From the NCBI GenBank assembly GCA_964384965.1, contig CAYLLR010000002.1, positions 1 through 40,080 on the forward strand: a DNA stretch of 40,080 nt. The letters are read 5' to 3'. Source of the DNA: Candidatus Woesearchaeota archaeon. GTDB taxonomy: Archaea > Nanobdellota > Nanobdellia > Pacearchaeales > GW2011-AR1. The position numbers and the translations under genes were made by a program. Under the pieces are notes generated by a model that saw only the letters and a list, made by a program, of their open reading frames with translations, was not told the DNA's origin and made no database searches. Positions 7,445-16,997 of this stretch are shown here, piece after piece (within the stretch, counting starts at the first letter, position 1; the number at the start of each line of letters is the position of its first letter).

Positions 7445-9280
7445 CTAAAAAACAATTTCAAAAGTTCCATATTTCTTTTTCAGAATATCAAAAACTTTAG
7501 AGTTAATTTCTATATCCTTTTTTTCCTTTTGTTTTGCAACAGCTTTCTCAAGTTCTTCTGAATTAGAATTTTCAATTTTGTCGGTTATTTTTTTGATTGT
7601 ATTTTCTTCAAACAAAAATGTTTTTCCGTCAGCATTTATTAATTCAATAATCTTGTTTTTGAATTTGAGAGTCATTTTCCCTTTATTAATCGGAATCATT
7701 TCTTTCCTTTGAATAAATTCAATTAAATCTTTAATCAAAATTTCGGCATCTTTTCTTATCCTATCTATTTTATGAGAATCTGATTTTTTCTTTTTAAATT
7801 CTTTTTTGGATTTAATCACTTCTTTTAAAATTCTCGAATGTTGGTTTGTAAATTTGCCTTTTTTGACATATGATTTTTCAAATTCTTCAATTATTTTCTC
7901 TTGAGATTTGCTTTTTAGAATGGTTTTCATAAGACCCATAACATCTCCATAAATTCTTTCAATAGTTTTTTCTTGAAATTTTGCTTCAATCTCCTTTCGC
8001 AATTCCTTAAGTCTTTTAAGATAATTTTCAGTTTCAACCAAGAGCACATCAATCTCTTTTCCAGAAATTTCTTTTATTTTTTCATGCTCGTAATTCTTCC
8101 AAGTTTTTACAACCTTTTCCAAGAAATCAACATACTTTTTTTCTATCATTTTTGTATTTAAAAATGCTTTTTTGAATACTCCAACCAATTCTTTAGAAGT
8201 TGGGGGGGGAAACCCTCCAAGCATCAATATCGCTTGTGCAGGAGTTGTAACTCCCCAAAAAATATTTGTAAAAACATCACTCAAAAGAGTTTTTTTACTT
8301 CTTTGTATTACTCCATCGCCCATACTCATAAACATATCAATAGCTTCTGGGGATGGTTTTAATTTTCCCATTCTTAAAAGAGATTTCCAGGGCATAAATG
8401 TTCCTCTGTCGTAAAGTGGGACTCCATCACGAATGAAAGTAAACATTACAGGGTGAGCGTCTTTAACTGCATCCCAAAAATCAGTAAGAAGGTAGATTTG
8501 GGGCTCCAACCTATTTTTTACGCCTGCAATTTGGGTTGCCTCTGCAACATATTGATAGATTATCCCTCTAAGTCTTTCCAAAAGTTCTCTACGAGGCATT
8601 CTTTTAACATCGGTATCATTAATGATTACAAAAACATCTACATCGCTGGTTTTTATAGCATCACCCCTAACCAAACTTCCTCCTATAACATAACTTACCA
8701 CATATTTTTCAAATTTTTGTAAAACGAGAGATTTATGAATTTCAGAAACTCTCAACGCACCCAAAATTCCTTTGTCATACAAAGGGTAACTCATTGCAAT
8801 TGCCCCGGAGAGTTCAAATTTCTGGTCCATAGCAATTTCCCAAATTTCAGAAGGGGTCAAAACATGAACCCAAACTTTCTCCTTTGATTTTTGAATCTCT
8901 TTAATTATTTCTTGTTTAATTTTGAAAATTTCTTTAGATTTGTCCTCGGGAATAATTATTTCAATATGAACAAATTCTTTTGATTCTTCAGGTGCCTCTT
9001 CCTCTTCGATAAACTTTGGAATTGATTGGGGGGGAAGAATTCCTACAGCAAGAATATACTTAAATTTTTTAAGCACGAAATTTTTTAATTTTTCTATTTC
9101 TTTTTTCGTTTTTTCAAATTTTTTCTTTTCATCCTGAGGATTTTTAATTATTTTAGACTTTGAATATTTTAGATCCATTCCTGGGATGGAGCTTGAATTA
9201 GGTTCAACCATTATCTGAAAAATCTTTGGTTGTTTATAAAAGTTTGGTGAAAATTTGTTTTTATTTTGATAGAAAAACAT
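7445..9280 (-). CDS. large nucleotidyltransferase-domain protein (degenerate plus intact NTase modules, helical C-terminal region)
   Basis: Intact NTase motif IGGSLVRGDAIKTSDVDVFVIINDTD. An upstream segment (LAVGILPPQS...VHIEIIIPEDK) looks like a degenerate second NTase module. The downstream helical domain is paralogous to the 3090-4004 product. The start is uncertain; the ATG at 9211 (MVEPNSS) is plausible. Confidence 0.7.
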   Translation of the reverse strand: MFFYQNKNKFSPNFYKQPKIFQIMVEPNSSSIPGMDLKYSKSKIIKNPQDEKKKFEKTKKEIEKLKNFVLKKFKYILAVGILPPQSIPKFIEEEEAPEESKEFVHIEIIIPEDKSKEIFKIKQEIIKEIQKSKEKVWVHVLTPSEIWEIAMDQKFELSGAIAMSYPLYDKGILGALRVSEIHKSLVLQKFEKYVVSYVIGGSLVRGDAIKTSDVDVFVIINDTDVKRMPRRELLERLRGIIYQYVAEATQIAGVKNRLEPQIYLLTDFWDAVKDAHPVMFTFIRDGVPLYDRGTFMPWKSLLRMGKLKPSPEAIDMFMSMGDGVIQRSKKTLLSDVFTNIFWGVTTPAQAILMLGGFPPPTSKELVGVFKKAFLNTKMIEKKYVDFLEKVVKTWKNYEHEKIKEISGKEIDVLLVETENYLKRLKELRKEIEAKFQEKTIERIYGDVMGLMKTILKSKSQEKIIEEFEKSYVKKGKFTNQHSRILKEVIKSKKEFKKKKSDSHKIDRIRKDAEILIKDLIEFIQRKEMIPINKGKMTLKFKNKIIELINADGKTFLFEENTIKKITDKIENSNSEELEKAVAKQKEKKDIEINSKVFDILKKKYGTFEIVF

Positions 9281-9578
9281 CCACTTTTTTTAATAAAATA
9301 GAAAATTCTTAATATAATAATAAATTTAATTTTTTGAAAGGGATAAATTTTATTTTTTTCTATTTTCCGCGTTTCTTCAAAGTATCTTTTTGATTTTCTG
9401 CCCTCTTTTCGTTTTTTATAATAACTGCAAAGGGTTCTCTTGTCCAAGATTTTCGAACTATTTTAGGACCTTAAACACATTGTAATTGGAAATTTTAATT
9501 TTATTTGTATGAATTAAATTCCGTATGTTTTATCCATAAAATTAGTGAATAATTTTGGGGGGAGGATTTTAGTAAATA

Positions 9579-9649
9579 TGGACCCGGCAGGAATCGGACC
9601 TGCGCTTCCTCGGTGTAAACGAGGTGTTCTACCATTAGACTACGGGTCC
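9579..9649 (-). tRNA. tRNA-Val (anticodon TAC), atypical T-loop
   Basis: Manual fold of the reverse complement gives acceptor GGACCCG/CGGGTCC and anticodon stem CCTCG/CGAGG. The anticodon loop is TTTACAC and the T stem is GCAGG/CCTGC. Two deviations: the T-loop reads TCCGATT (C at position 55), and the D stem has a C12:A23 mismatch. No encoded CCA. Confidence 0.75.
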
Positions 9650-9856
9650 AGGTAATAAGAATCAGACTACTCACTATTTTAAAAAGGTTATTATTTCCAA
9701 ATACTTTTTCACAAATACTCTCCACAATTAATTCTTGAATATTCCTAAATCCAAAATTTTAGCATAACTTTAAGATTAATCTGTTTTATTTCCATATCTA
9801 TCGGTCGTCATTAGTATTCGCATAGTTTTTGATCAACTAATTTAAAAATTAAAATA

Positions 9857-9927
9857 TGCGCCTGCCGAGATTCGAACCCGGGCCACAACGTTGGCAACGT
9901 TGCATTCTACCACTAAACTACAAGCGC
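9857..9927 (-). tRNA. tRNA-Gly (anticodon GCC)
   Basis: Manual fold gives acceptor GCGCTTG/CAGGCGC and anticodon stem CAACG/CGTTG. The anticodon loop is TTGCCAA and the T arm is CCGGG-TTCGAAT-CTCGG. An AT-rich TATA-like TTATAAATA lies about 30 nt upstream on the minus strand. Confidence 0.85.
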
Positions 9928-10132
9928 CTAATTTAAAATAATAATTGATATTTATAATATTAATCTTTCTAATTCATTGTAATTTTTTACAAATTTTTTC
10001 CCAAATAATCTTTTCCATGTTTCTTCGAATAAGCATTTTCAATTTAGATAATCTTTTATTATAATTTTTATTTAAAAAATAATGCTTTTTTAAGATATAT
10101 AAATTTATATTTGCTTTTTAGTTAATTAGAGA

Positions 10133-10882
10133 ATGATTTTTGACGTTCATGCACATTTAAACTTTTTAAAAGAAAATAAATTAAAAGAGATTCAAAGAGA
10201 TAAAAAAATAAAAATCGTTATTTCCAATTCAATAGATTTGAAATCCATTAAAAAAAATTTGGAAATTTCAAAAAAATTTTCAAAAATAAAAACTTCTGCA
10301 GGACTTTATCCTTTGAAAAATTTATCTTTAAAAGAATATCTCCCATTTAAGAAATTAATTTTAAATAATAGAAAAAAAATAATTGCTCTTGGAGAGATTG
10401 GATTGGACTTGTACCATACAAGAGGAAATTTTGAATTACAAAAAACAATTTTTAAGAAACAATTAGATTTGGCAAAAAAATTGAACCTCCCTGTAATTAT
10501 TCATACAAGAAAAGCAGAAAAAGAGAGTTTAGAAATTTTGAAAAATTACAAAGATTTGAGAATGATCTTACATTGCTTCTCGGGGAATTTTAAGTTGGTT
10601 AAAGAGGCAATTAATCTGGGCTGTTTTTTTTCTATTCCGACGAATATTGTAAGAAATAAACACTTTCAAAAGATGGTTGGAGAAGTTCCAAAAACAAAAA
10701 TTTTAACCGAAACGGATACTCCCTTTCTCTCACCATTTAAAGAAAAACAAAATGAGCCATCTTTTATTAAAGAAACAATAAAAGAAATTTCAAAGATATG
10801 GAAAATTAATGGGGAAAAAGTTGAAAAAATAATTGAAGCAAATTTTATGGGAATTTTCGGGAATAATTTAAATTTAACTTAA
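10133..10882 (+). CDS. TatD-family metal-dependent hydrolase/DNase
   Basis: N-terminal MIFDVHAHLNF, then GEIGLDLYH, VIIHTR, HCFSG and ETDTPFLSP. These are the ordered TatD motifs. Confidence 0.85.
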   Translation: MIFDVHAHLNFLKENKLKEIQRDKKIKIVISNSIDLKSIKKNLEISKKFSKIKTSAGLYPLKNLSLKEYLPFKKLILNNRKKIIALGEIGLDLYHTRGNFELQKTIFKKQLDLAKKLNLPVIIHTRKAEKESLEILKNYKDLRMILHCFSGNFKLVKEAINLGCFFSIPTNIVRNKHFQKMVGEVPKTKILTETDTPFLSPFKEKQNEPSFIKETIKEISKIWKINGEKVEKIIEANFMGIFGNNLNLT

Positions 10883-12490
10883 TCCACCCATATAATCTGG
10901 CATTGAGCCCAAGTTATTCATTCTTCCTTTTTTTGAAGGCTTAGAAGCAATAACATCATCGATTCTTAAAATCATCGTCGCGACATCGGTTGCAGAATTT
11001 ATTGCTTGAATCTTTATTTTTGCAGGTTCAATTATTTTTGAATTTAAAACATTTTCAATTTTGTTTGTAAATAAATTTAATCCGGCATTCATTTCTCCGG
11101 CGTCGTGTTTTGATTTCAGTTCGGTTAAAACATCAATTGGGTCCATTCCAGCATTTTCAGCAAGGGTAATAGGGATAAATTCAAGTGCATTGGCAAATTC
11201 ATCTATTGCAAGCTGTTCCCTTCCGTGTAATTTTTTTCCAAATTCTTTAAGTCTTTTTGAAATTTCCATTTCTATCGCTCCTCCCCCTGGAACAACTAAG
11301 CCGGTTTCAAAAGCACTCACGACATCGAGAAGACCATCGAGAAGGGCTCTTTCAATTTCATCCACGACGTGACTACTTCCCCCATGAACAAGTATTGTAA
11401 AACTTTGAGAATTTTTACATCCTTTAATATAAGTTAAATGGTCTCTACTTTCTTTAATTTCTTCGATAAGTTCGGCTTCTCCAAGGTCTAAATGACCCAC
11501 CTCATTTAAATTTGAAATGATTTTTGAACCCGTTGCTTTGGAAATTCTTTCCATATCTGATTTTCCGACCCTTCTACAAGCATAAATTCCTGATTTGGAA
11601 AGAAGATATTTTGCAAAATCGTCTATCCCGCGTTGGCAAAATAGGACATTACATCCCGTCTCGATGATTCTTTGGACCATTTTTTTCATAGATTTTTCTT
11701 CCTCATCTAAAAAATTTTGGAGTTCAGAATGACTAGAAATTGAAATCTTTGTTTCAATTTCGGGGCTTTTCAATTCCAAAGGAAAATCAATAAGTAAAAT
11801 TTTTGCACCATCTATTTTTTTTGGCATATCTTTGGAAATCTTCTCCTTGTCTATAAGGATTCCATTAACTAATTCCGTGTCTTTTATCCCTTCTCCAACA
11901 ATTTTTTCAATTTTTATGTTTTCCACATCAATTTTTTTATTATGACCAAGCATCTTTACAGCATTGACTAAAATTTTTGAGAATCTTTCCTTTTCATCTT
12001 CGGCTCCCTTTCCCGTCATAGCGGTTGTAGCTATTTGTCTCAAAATTTCGTCATTTTCTGGAGAAATTTTTAATGAAATTTCTTTTAAAATTTCTTGAGC
12101 TTTTTCTTGAGCCATCCTGTACCCTTTTACGATTAAGGTGGGGTGGATTTTTTTATCTAATAATTTTTCCGCGTTTTCCAAGAGTTTTCCTGCAATCATT
12201 ACGGAAGTAGTTGTTCCATCTCCAACTTCTTTTTCCTGTGTTTTTGCAATCTCAACCATCATTTTCGCAGCAGGATGTTCAATTTGCATCTCATCCAAAA
12301 TTGTAACCCCGTCGTTTGTCACAATAATCTCCCCCATTGGACTGACGAGCATCTTATCCATCCCTTTTGGTCCCAAGGTGGTTTTTACAATTTCAGATAC
12401 CAATTTAGCAGCTAAAATATTATTCCTCTGGGCATCTTTGCCAGTAACCCGTTCCATTCCCTCAGACATTAAATCTATTTTTTTATTCAT
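10874..12490 (-). CDS. ths: thermosome subunit (group II chaperonin)
   Basis: [36 protein letters not shown] and [13 protein letters not shown] are the canonical group II chaperonin (CCT/thermosome) motifs. Confidence 0.95.
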   Translation of the reverse strand: MNKKIDLMSEGMERVTGKDAQRNNILAAKLVSEIVKTTLGPKGMDKMLVSPMGEIIVTNDGVTILDEMQIEHPAAKMMVEIAKTQEKEVGDGTTTSVMIAGKLLENAEKLLDKKIHPTLIVKGYRMAQEKAQEILKEISLKISPENDEILRQIATTAMTGKGAEDEKERFSKILVNAVKMLGHNKKIDVENIKIEKIVGEGIKDTELVNGILIDKEKISKDMPKKIDGAKILLIDFPLELKSPEIETKISISSHSELQNFLDEEEKSMKKMVQRIIETGCNVLFCQRGIDDFAKYLLSKSGIYACRRVGKSDMERISKATGSKIISNLNEVGHLDLGEAELIEEIKESRDHLTYIKGCKNSQSFTILVHGGSSHVVDEIERALLDGLLDVVSAFETGLVVPGGGAIEMEISKRLKEFGKKLHGREQLAIDEFANALEFIPITLAENAGMDPIDVLTELKSKHDAGEMNAGLNLFTNKIENVLNSKIIEPAKIKIQAINSATDVATMILRIDDVIASKPSKKGRMNNLGSMPDYMGGLS

Positions 12491-12696
12491 ACCTTTCTAA
12501 ATTTTCGGAATTATTTAAAGATTTATGCAACGAATTGATAAAAACCCCTTTCTCTTAAAAAATTATCATTATTCTTTCGATTCCGGAAAAAATTCAGCAA
12601 TTTTTGAAAGCTAAAGGTAAGAAATTATTTTTAAAATATTTTTTCTTCAAATCTCATAACAGAAGAATATTTAAAATAAAAATCCATAATAAAATC

Positions 12697-13200
12697 ATGT
12701 CAGAACAAGACGAAATATATTCAAGCAAAATTTCATACGAAGGAATTTTTAACTTTAAAGAATTTTATAAATTTTGTTATGATTTTCTTGCTGAACAGAA
12801 AGGAATTGAAATAAATGAAAACGAGTATTCTGAAAAATTAATTGGTCCGACAAAGGAAATATTGGTTAAGTGGACCGGAAAAAAGAAAGTTACAGATTAC
12901 TTTAAATTCGAGCTGAAAATTGAATTTAGGACTCTGAATATGTCTGAAATTGAAATAAACAAAGGGGGAGTAAAGTTAAAGACAAATAAGGGAAAAATTT
13001 CTGTCAAAGTTAAAGCAAACCTTATTAGGGATTATGAGGGTAAATTTGAAACTTCTTCGAGAATGAAATTTTGGAGAGGAATTTATGAAAAATGGATTAT
13101 TTCCCAAAGAATAAAGGAATTCGAGGATAAATTGATAGGACTTGCTGAAGGATTCTTAGAACAAGCAAAAGCTTTTCTAGATTTAGAAGGAAGGGGTTGA
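12697..13200 (+). CDS. hypothetical protein
   Basis: The track ORF begins at a TTG (12604), but the ATG at 12697 (MSEQDEIYSS...) sits about 25 nt downstream of a TTTAAAAT TATA-like box (12670-12677). No family recognised. Confidence 0.5.
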   Translation: MSEQDEIYSSKISYEGIFNFKEFYKFCYDFLAEQKGIEINENEYSEKLIGPTKEILVKWTGKKKVTDYFKFELKIEFRTLNMSEIEINKGGVKLKTNKGKISVKVKANLIRDYEGKFETSSRMKFWRGIYEKWIISQRIKEFEDKLIGLAEGFLEQAKAFLDLEGRG

Positions 13201-13298
13201 TTTTTGGAAATTGTTCTTTAACTCTTGCAGCATAGAAATGTTTATATAGAATTTTAGTGGTTTTTTAATATGTGTTTTGAAAGGTATGGAAAAGAAAA

Positions 13299-14678
13299 AT
13301 GGATGAAATAAAAAAGATATGTTTGTTTTTGCTAATTGGATTGTTTTTAATCCAACCAATAATTGCGGTAGATTTGAAAGTTCAAAAAATTAGTAGTGAA
13401 GAGACAATGATTTTTGGACTTGAAGATCCTGCGACTTTTAAAATAAACATTACAAATAATGGCCCTTCAGACACTTTTTCATTATACACTTTTTTCGGAA
13501 GCGGATTTGAACCGAAAGATCAAGTTAAAATAAATTCAGGGGAGTCAAAAATAGTAGAACTAAAAATTTTTCCAAGGAAAGATTTCAAAACGAAGGGGAA
13601 TACAATTTTTAGTTATTTTATTCAGGGAAGTGACCGAACGGAAGTTGAAGAAAAATTAATCGTAAACCTGATTGAATTGAAGGATGCTTTTGAAATTGGG
13701 GCAAGTTCAATATATCCCGAATCAAATTCTATAAATGTTTTTCTTCAAAATAAGGTGAATTTCAACTTTAAGAATTTGCAAGTTCATTTTTCTTCTCCAT
13801 TTTTTGAATTAAATAAAACACTTGATTTAGGACCCAATGAAAGAAAAGATTTTAGAATTGATTTGAAAAAAGAGGATTTTTCAAAACTAATTGCTGGTTT
13901 TTACACTCTTGGTGCAAATTTTAAAATAAAGGGTATTAGTGCAGAAGTGGATGAAACTATTAATTTTGTAGAGAAAAATCTTATAAAAAAAGAGAGAAGA
14001 GACTATGGATTAATTATTTCAACAACAATAATCAAGAATGTAAATGAGGGTAACACAATCGAAAATTCTAGAACCACCATTCAAAAAAACATATTGTCAA
14101 GAATTTTTACAAGTTTTTCTCCGGAGCCGACATTGACGGAGAGAGAGGGTTTAAAAGTCAATTACATATGGGATAGAAAATTAAATCCGGGAGAATCTTT
14201 TGAGGTAAATGTAAAGACTAATTGGATAATTCCCTTTCTAATAATTTTATTAATTGTTTTGACGGTTATCCTCGCAAAAAAATATTCAAAAACAGATTTA
14301 TTGATGAGGAAAAGAGTATCATTTGTAAATGCAAAAGGGGGAGAATTTGCCTTAAAAGTAATGATTTATATTGAAGCAAGGAAGTTTGTGGAAAATGTAA
14401 AAATCTTAGATCGGTTGCCTCCACTGGTAAAAGTTTATGAAAAGTTTGGAGGAGAGTTTCCAAAAAGATTTAATAAAACGAAAAGAATTTTTGAATGGGA
14501 GCTTGGAAATTTAGAAGCAGGAGAAAAAAGAATGCTTTCATATGTGATTTATTCTAAGGTGGGCGTTCTTGGAAGATTTGCCTTACCTTCAACAATTTCT
14601 ATTTTTGAAAAGGACGGAAAAATAAAAGAAGTTTCTTCAAATAAGGCATTCTTTTTGGCAGACCAAAAAGAGGATTAA
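13299..14678 (+). CDS. surface/membrane protein with signal peptide, beta-sandwich-like repeats and an internal TM helix
   Basis: N-terminal hydrophobic signal ICLFLLIGLFLIQPIIAVD. Segments of CARDB/DUF11-like character (FKINITNNGPSDTFSLY; WELGNLEAGEKRMLSYVIY). TM segment WIIPFLIILLIVLTVILAKKY. Confidence 0.55.
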   Translation: MDEIKKICLFLLIGLFLIQPIIAVDLKVQKISSEETMIFGLEDPATFKINITNNGPSDTFSLYTFFGSGFEPKDQVKINSGESKIVELKIFPRKDFKTKGNTIFSYFIQGSDRTEVEEKLIVNLIELKDAFEIGASSIYPESNSINVFLQNKVNFNFKNLQVHFSSPFFELNKTLDLGPNERKDFRIDLKKEDFSKLIAGFYTLGANFKIKGISAEVDETINFVEKNLIKKERRDYGLIISTTIIKNVNEGNTIENSRTTIQKNILSRIFTSFSPEPTLTEREGLKVNYIWDRKLNPGESFEVNVKTNWIIPFLIILLIVLTVILAKKYSKTDLLMRKRVSFVNAKGGEFALKVMIYIEARKFVENVKILDRLPPLVKVYEKFGGEFPKRFNKTKRIFEWELGNLEAGEKRMLSYVIYSKVGVLGRFALPSTISIFEKDGKIKEVSSNKAFFLADQKED

Positions 14679-15051
14679 ATCATTTTTTAAATAAATTTTT
14701 CAGAATAGAAATGCTTGAGGAGGATATACGCTCTTAAACAGCTTAATGAATTTTTATTGTACTATGAAAACTTAAAATTCACAAAAGGATGAACGCAAGG
14801 TGTAGGAAAGGCATAAACAAAGAAGAACTGAAATGCCTCTCTCTAAGGCCAAAGAAATAGCGGAAATGGCTTATAGAATGTTTGTTCCATAAGAGTTAAG
14901 ATAAAATAATCATATCGCCATATGGAAAAATTGTAAAGGGTTTTAAAAATTTAGAAAAATCTGGAATAGAAAAATGGTTTAATTTTTTTATTAAATAATT
15001 TTAATATTTTAATAGATAATTTTTTAAATTGCAATTTGTCTTTATTATTAA

Positions 15052-15203
15052 CCATCCATAGCTCAATGGCAGAGCGCTTGGCTGTAGATAATCTAAGGTG
15101 GAGAGTCGCTGAACGCGATGACTATGAAACCCTAAAAGTCAAGAAACTTAATTTGGCACAAGCAGTGCCCGAGAGGTTCCCGGTTCGAATCCGGGTGGAT
15201 GGA
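15052..15203 (+). tRNA. tRNA-Tyr (anticodon GTA) interrupted by an approximately 80-nt intron
   Basis: Acceptor CCATCCA/TGGATGG, with C1:G72 as in the archaeal Tyr identity pair. D arm GCTC-AATGGCA-GAGC. Anticodon stem CTTGG (15077-81) pairs with CCGAG (15169-73), and the anticodon is GTA at 15084-86. T arm CCCGG-TTCGAAT-CCGGG. Confidence 0.85.
15088..15167 (+). other. tRNA-Tyr intron at canonical 37/38 position (bulge-helix-bulge)
   Basis: Central 4-bp helix: C82 T83 G84 T85 pairs with G165 A164 C163 G162. It is flanked by 3-nt bulges, A86 G87 | A88 and T166 G167 | C168, which place both splice sites. The intron-side helix is weak. Confidence 0.65.
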
Positions 15204-15266
15204 TAAAAAACCCTTGATTTCACGAGGGTTTTCCTTTCTTTTAATCTTCTTGTTGAAGGAGGAATT

Positions 15267-16007
15267 TTAAAGTTTAGCCATTTTCCATAAAAACTTATGG
15301 TACATTTTGAAACTTTCAGAAATTTTTTTATTTTTTATCATAAAAACATAAGGCTTTTCTTCCCAAAGAAAGATATAAACATAATCCAAGAAAACATCTA
15401 TTGCAATTGGACTAATATATCCTTTAGGCATGTACCTAACTTCAGTAAAAGGTTCTTTTTCCCTATCTTTTCCAAGATTCTTTTTGGTTGACTGTTCTAA
15501 CAAGAGCTTAAGTTTTTGTTTCTTTTTAGAACTTTTTAGATTCATATTTATAAGAAATAATCTTAACTGTTCCATTTTATAAACTCTTTCTGGAAAACCA
15601 GTTACGTATATCGTTTCTCTTTTAGGACAATCCTCAATAATCTTTCTGAATGCTGTTTTAAACCCTTGAAAACCTTCATATATGGCCATAGTTGTTTCAT
15701 CTTGTTTTTTACCTTTAATATTTTGCAACTGAGGTACTAATTTTTTTATCCTTTCCTCCAATTCTTTCTGTTTTTTTAGAAGATTTTTTGGATCTAATGC
15801 TTCAAAATGTTTTCCATCTTTTTGTATATTATATATTACAAATCCTTTAGAAATTAGTGAATTTAAAGATTCATATACCCTGGAATTAACAATCTTTGTT
15901 TCTTTAATTATTGGCCCAGTAGTGATTGGTCCGTTTTTTAATAAAAAAGTGTATATTTTTATTTCATTTTCAGTCAAACCTAATTCTTTAAGTAGCCCTA
16001 TTTCCAT
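15267..16007 (-). CDS. TrmB-family transcriptional regulator
   Basis: N-terminal wHTH LGLTENEIKIYTFLLKNGPITTGPIIKETKIVNSRVYESLNSLISKGFV is typical of TrmB. The length fits an HTH plus a C-terminal effector domain. Confidence 0.8.
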   Translation of the reverse strand: MEIGLLKELGLTENEIKIYTFLLKNGPITTGPIIKETKIVNSRVYESLNSLISKGFVIYNIQKDGKHFEALDPKNLLKKQKELEERIKKLVPQLQNIKGKKQDETTMAIYEGFQGFKTAFRKIIEDCPKRETIYVTGFPERVYKMEQLRLFLINMNLKSSKKKQKLKLLLEQSTKKNLGKDREKEPFTEVRYMPKGYISPIAIDVFLDYVYIFLWEEKPYVFMIKNKKISESFKMYHKFLWKMAKL

Positions 16008-16105
16008 GAGATTCCAAGTCTATTTAAATATAAAAAACTTTCTCCTAAAAAGGAGAAATTAAGTTTATATATAATCTATCTCTAGAAATTTAAGAGAATA
16101 ACAAA

Positions 16106-16642
16106 ATGAAAATTAAGAAAAGAAAAAACAAAGGAATATACCTATCCGCCCTATTAAATAAATGGGGAGATAAGTTAATTAGCATTAGTGATAAAATGAC
16201 TCCAAAATTTAGAGAAGTTAAAATGAAAGAGATTCCAGAAGAGAGGATAGGGGTTAAATTATCACCTAAAAGGAGAAATTACAAACTTATAGATATGGAT
16301 AGCCTATCTAGAGAATCCAAGTTATTAAGTAAGAATCCAAAATTAAGAAGAGATTTGATGTGGGCTTATAATAATCGTGAACTTGCAAAGCCCCTAATAG
16401 GCTATAGTGGGGAATTTAATAGAATTAAAGAGGGCAGAGACCGGTTCAACCCAAATAAAACAGAATATTATGCAACTTTAAGCAATTTTGAAAGACCTTA
16501 TTTGAATACTGTTAAAGTTGAGGTTATCTATAAATCGAGCGATGTTTTAAAATATCTTGTTTCTGAATATGAAGATGAATTAATTCAGTCTAAACTTGAC
16601 GGTTTAGAAGGAAAGTTGTTTTTATTAAAAGAAAATAAATAA
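16106..16642 (+). CDS. hypothetical basic protein
   Basis: 178-aa ORF divergent from the TrmB regulator. No motif recognised. Confidence 0.45.
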   Translation: MKIKKRKNKGIYLSALLNKWGDKLISISDKMTPKFREVKMKEIPEERIGVKLSPKRRNYKLIDMDSLSRESKLLSKNPKLRRDLMWAYNNRELAKPLIGYSGEFNRIKEGRDRFNPNKTEYYATLSNFERPYLNTVKVEVIYKSSDVLKYLVSEYEDELIQSKLDGLEGKLFLLKENK

Positions 16643-16715
16643 ATTCCAAGATAGAGAATAATTCTCAAATCCAGCACTTTAACAATTATCTTGTATTCCA
16701 TTAGAAGGATGGTTG

Positions 16716-16737
16716 TGGGCTGAAAAGCCCATTTTTT
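16716..16737 (+). terminator. hairpin plus T6 tract downstream of 16106-16642
   Basis: TGGGC-TGAAAA-GCCCA is followed directly by TTTTTT (16732-16737). Archaeal termination commonly uses oligo-T tracts. Confidence 0.35.
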
Positions 16738-16997
16738 ATTTTCTTTATGGAGAATGAAAAATTTTCCTTTCTCAAAAACTCCAAAAAATACCTTTAAAAA
16801 ACTTTCTTAAATAATCTTTAAGATAAAATACCATTTTTTTATAGAAGAGTTTATATACTCCTTATTTCTAATGAAAATTATAAAAATGAGGTGCAAGTAA
16901 GACTTGTGAGCTAAAAAATGGAAGAATTTGATGGCGAAACGAGAGGCTCTTCCGACGATGATTTTGATGATCTAGTGGAAGAATTAGGCTTAGATGA

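Noticed and set aside
9211-9447. 78-aa minus-strand ORF upstream of and overlapping the large NTase gene start
   Set aside because: K/I/F-rich low-complexity product in an AT-rich promoter region. It overlaps the 5' end of a supported gene and has no coding signal I can defend.
9501-9725. 74-aa minus-strand ORF
   Set aside because: It completely overlaps tRNA-Val on the same strand, and the tRNA fold explains the sequence.
10874-10882. 9-nt convergent overlap of the TatD and thermosome 3' ends
   Set aside because: This is ordinary compaction in a dense genome and has no functional implication by itself.
11061-12500. ORFs of 103 aa and 120 aa on the plus strand inside the thermosome gene
   Set aside because: They lie antisense to a gene with unambiguous chaperonin motifs. 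The products are low-complexity S/I/F-rich strings typical of shadow ORFs.
15088-15167. Possible C/D-box sRNA embedded in the tRNA-Tyr intron (CTGA at 15109-12, GATGAC at 15116-21)
   Set aside because: Only a D'-like and C'-like pair is present. No RUGAUGA C box or terminal CUGA D box occurs at the required ~12-nt guide spacings on either side.
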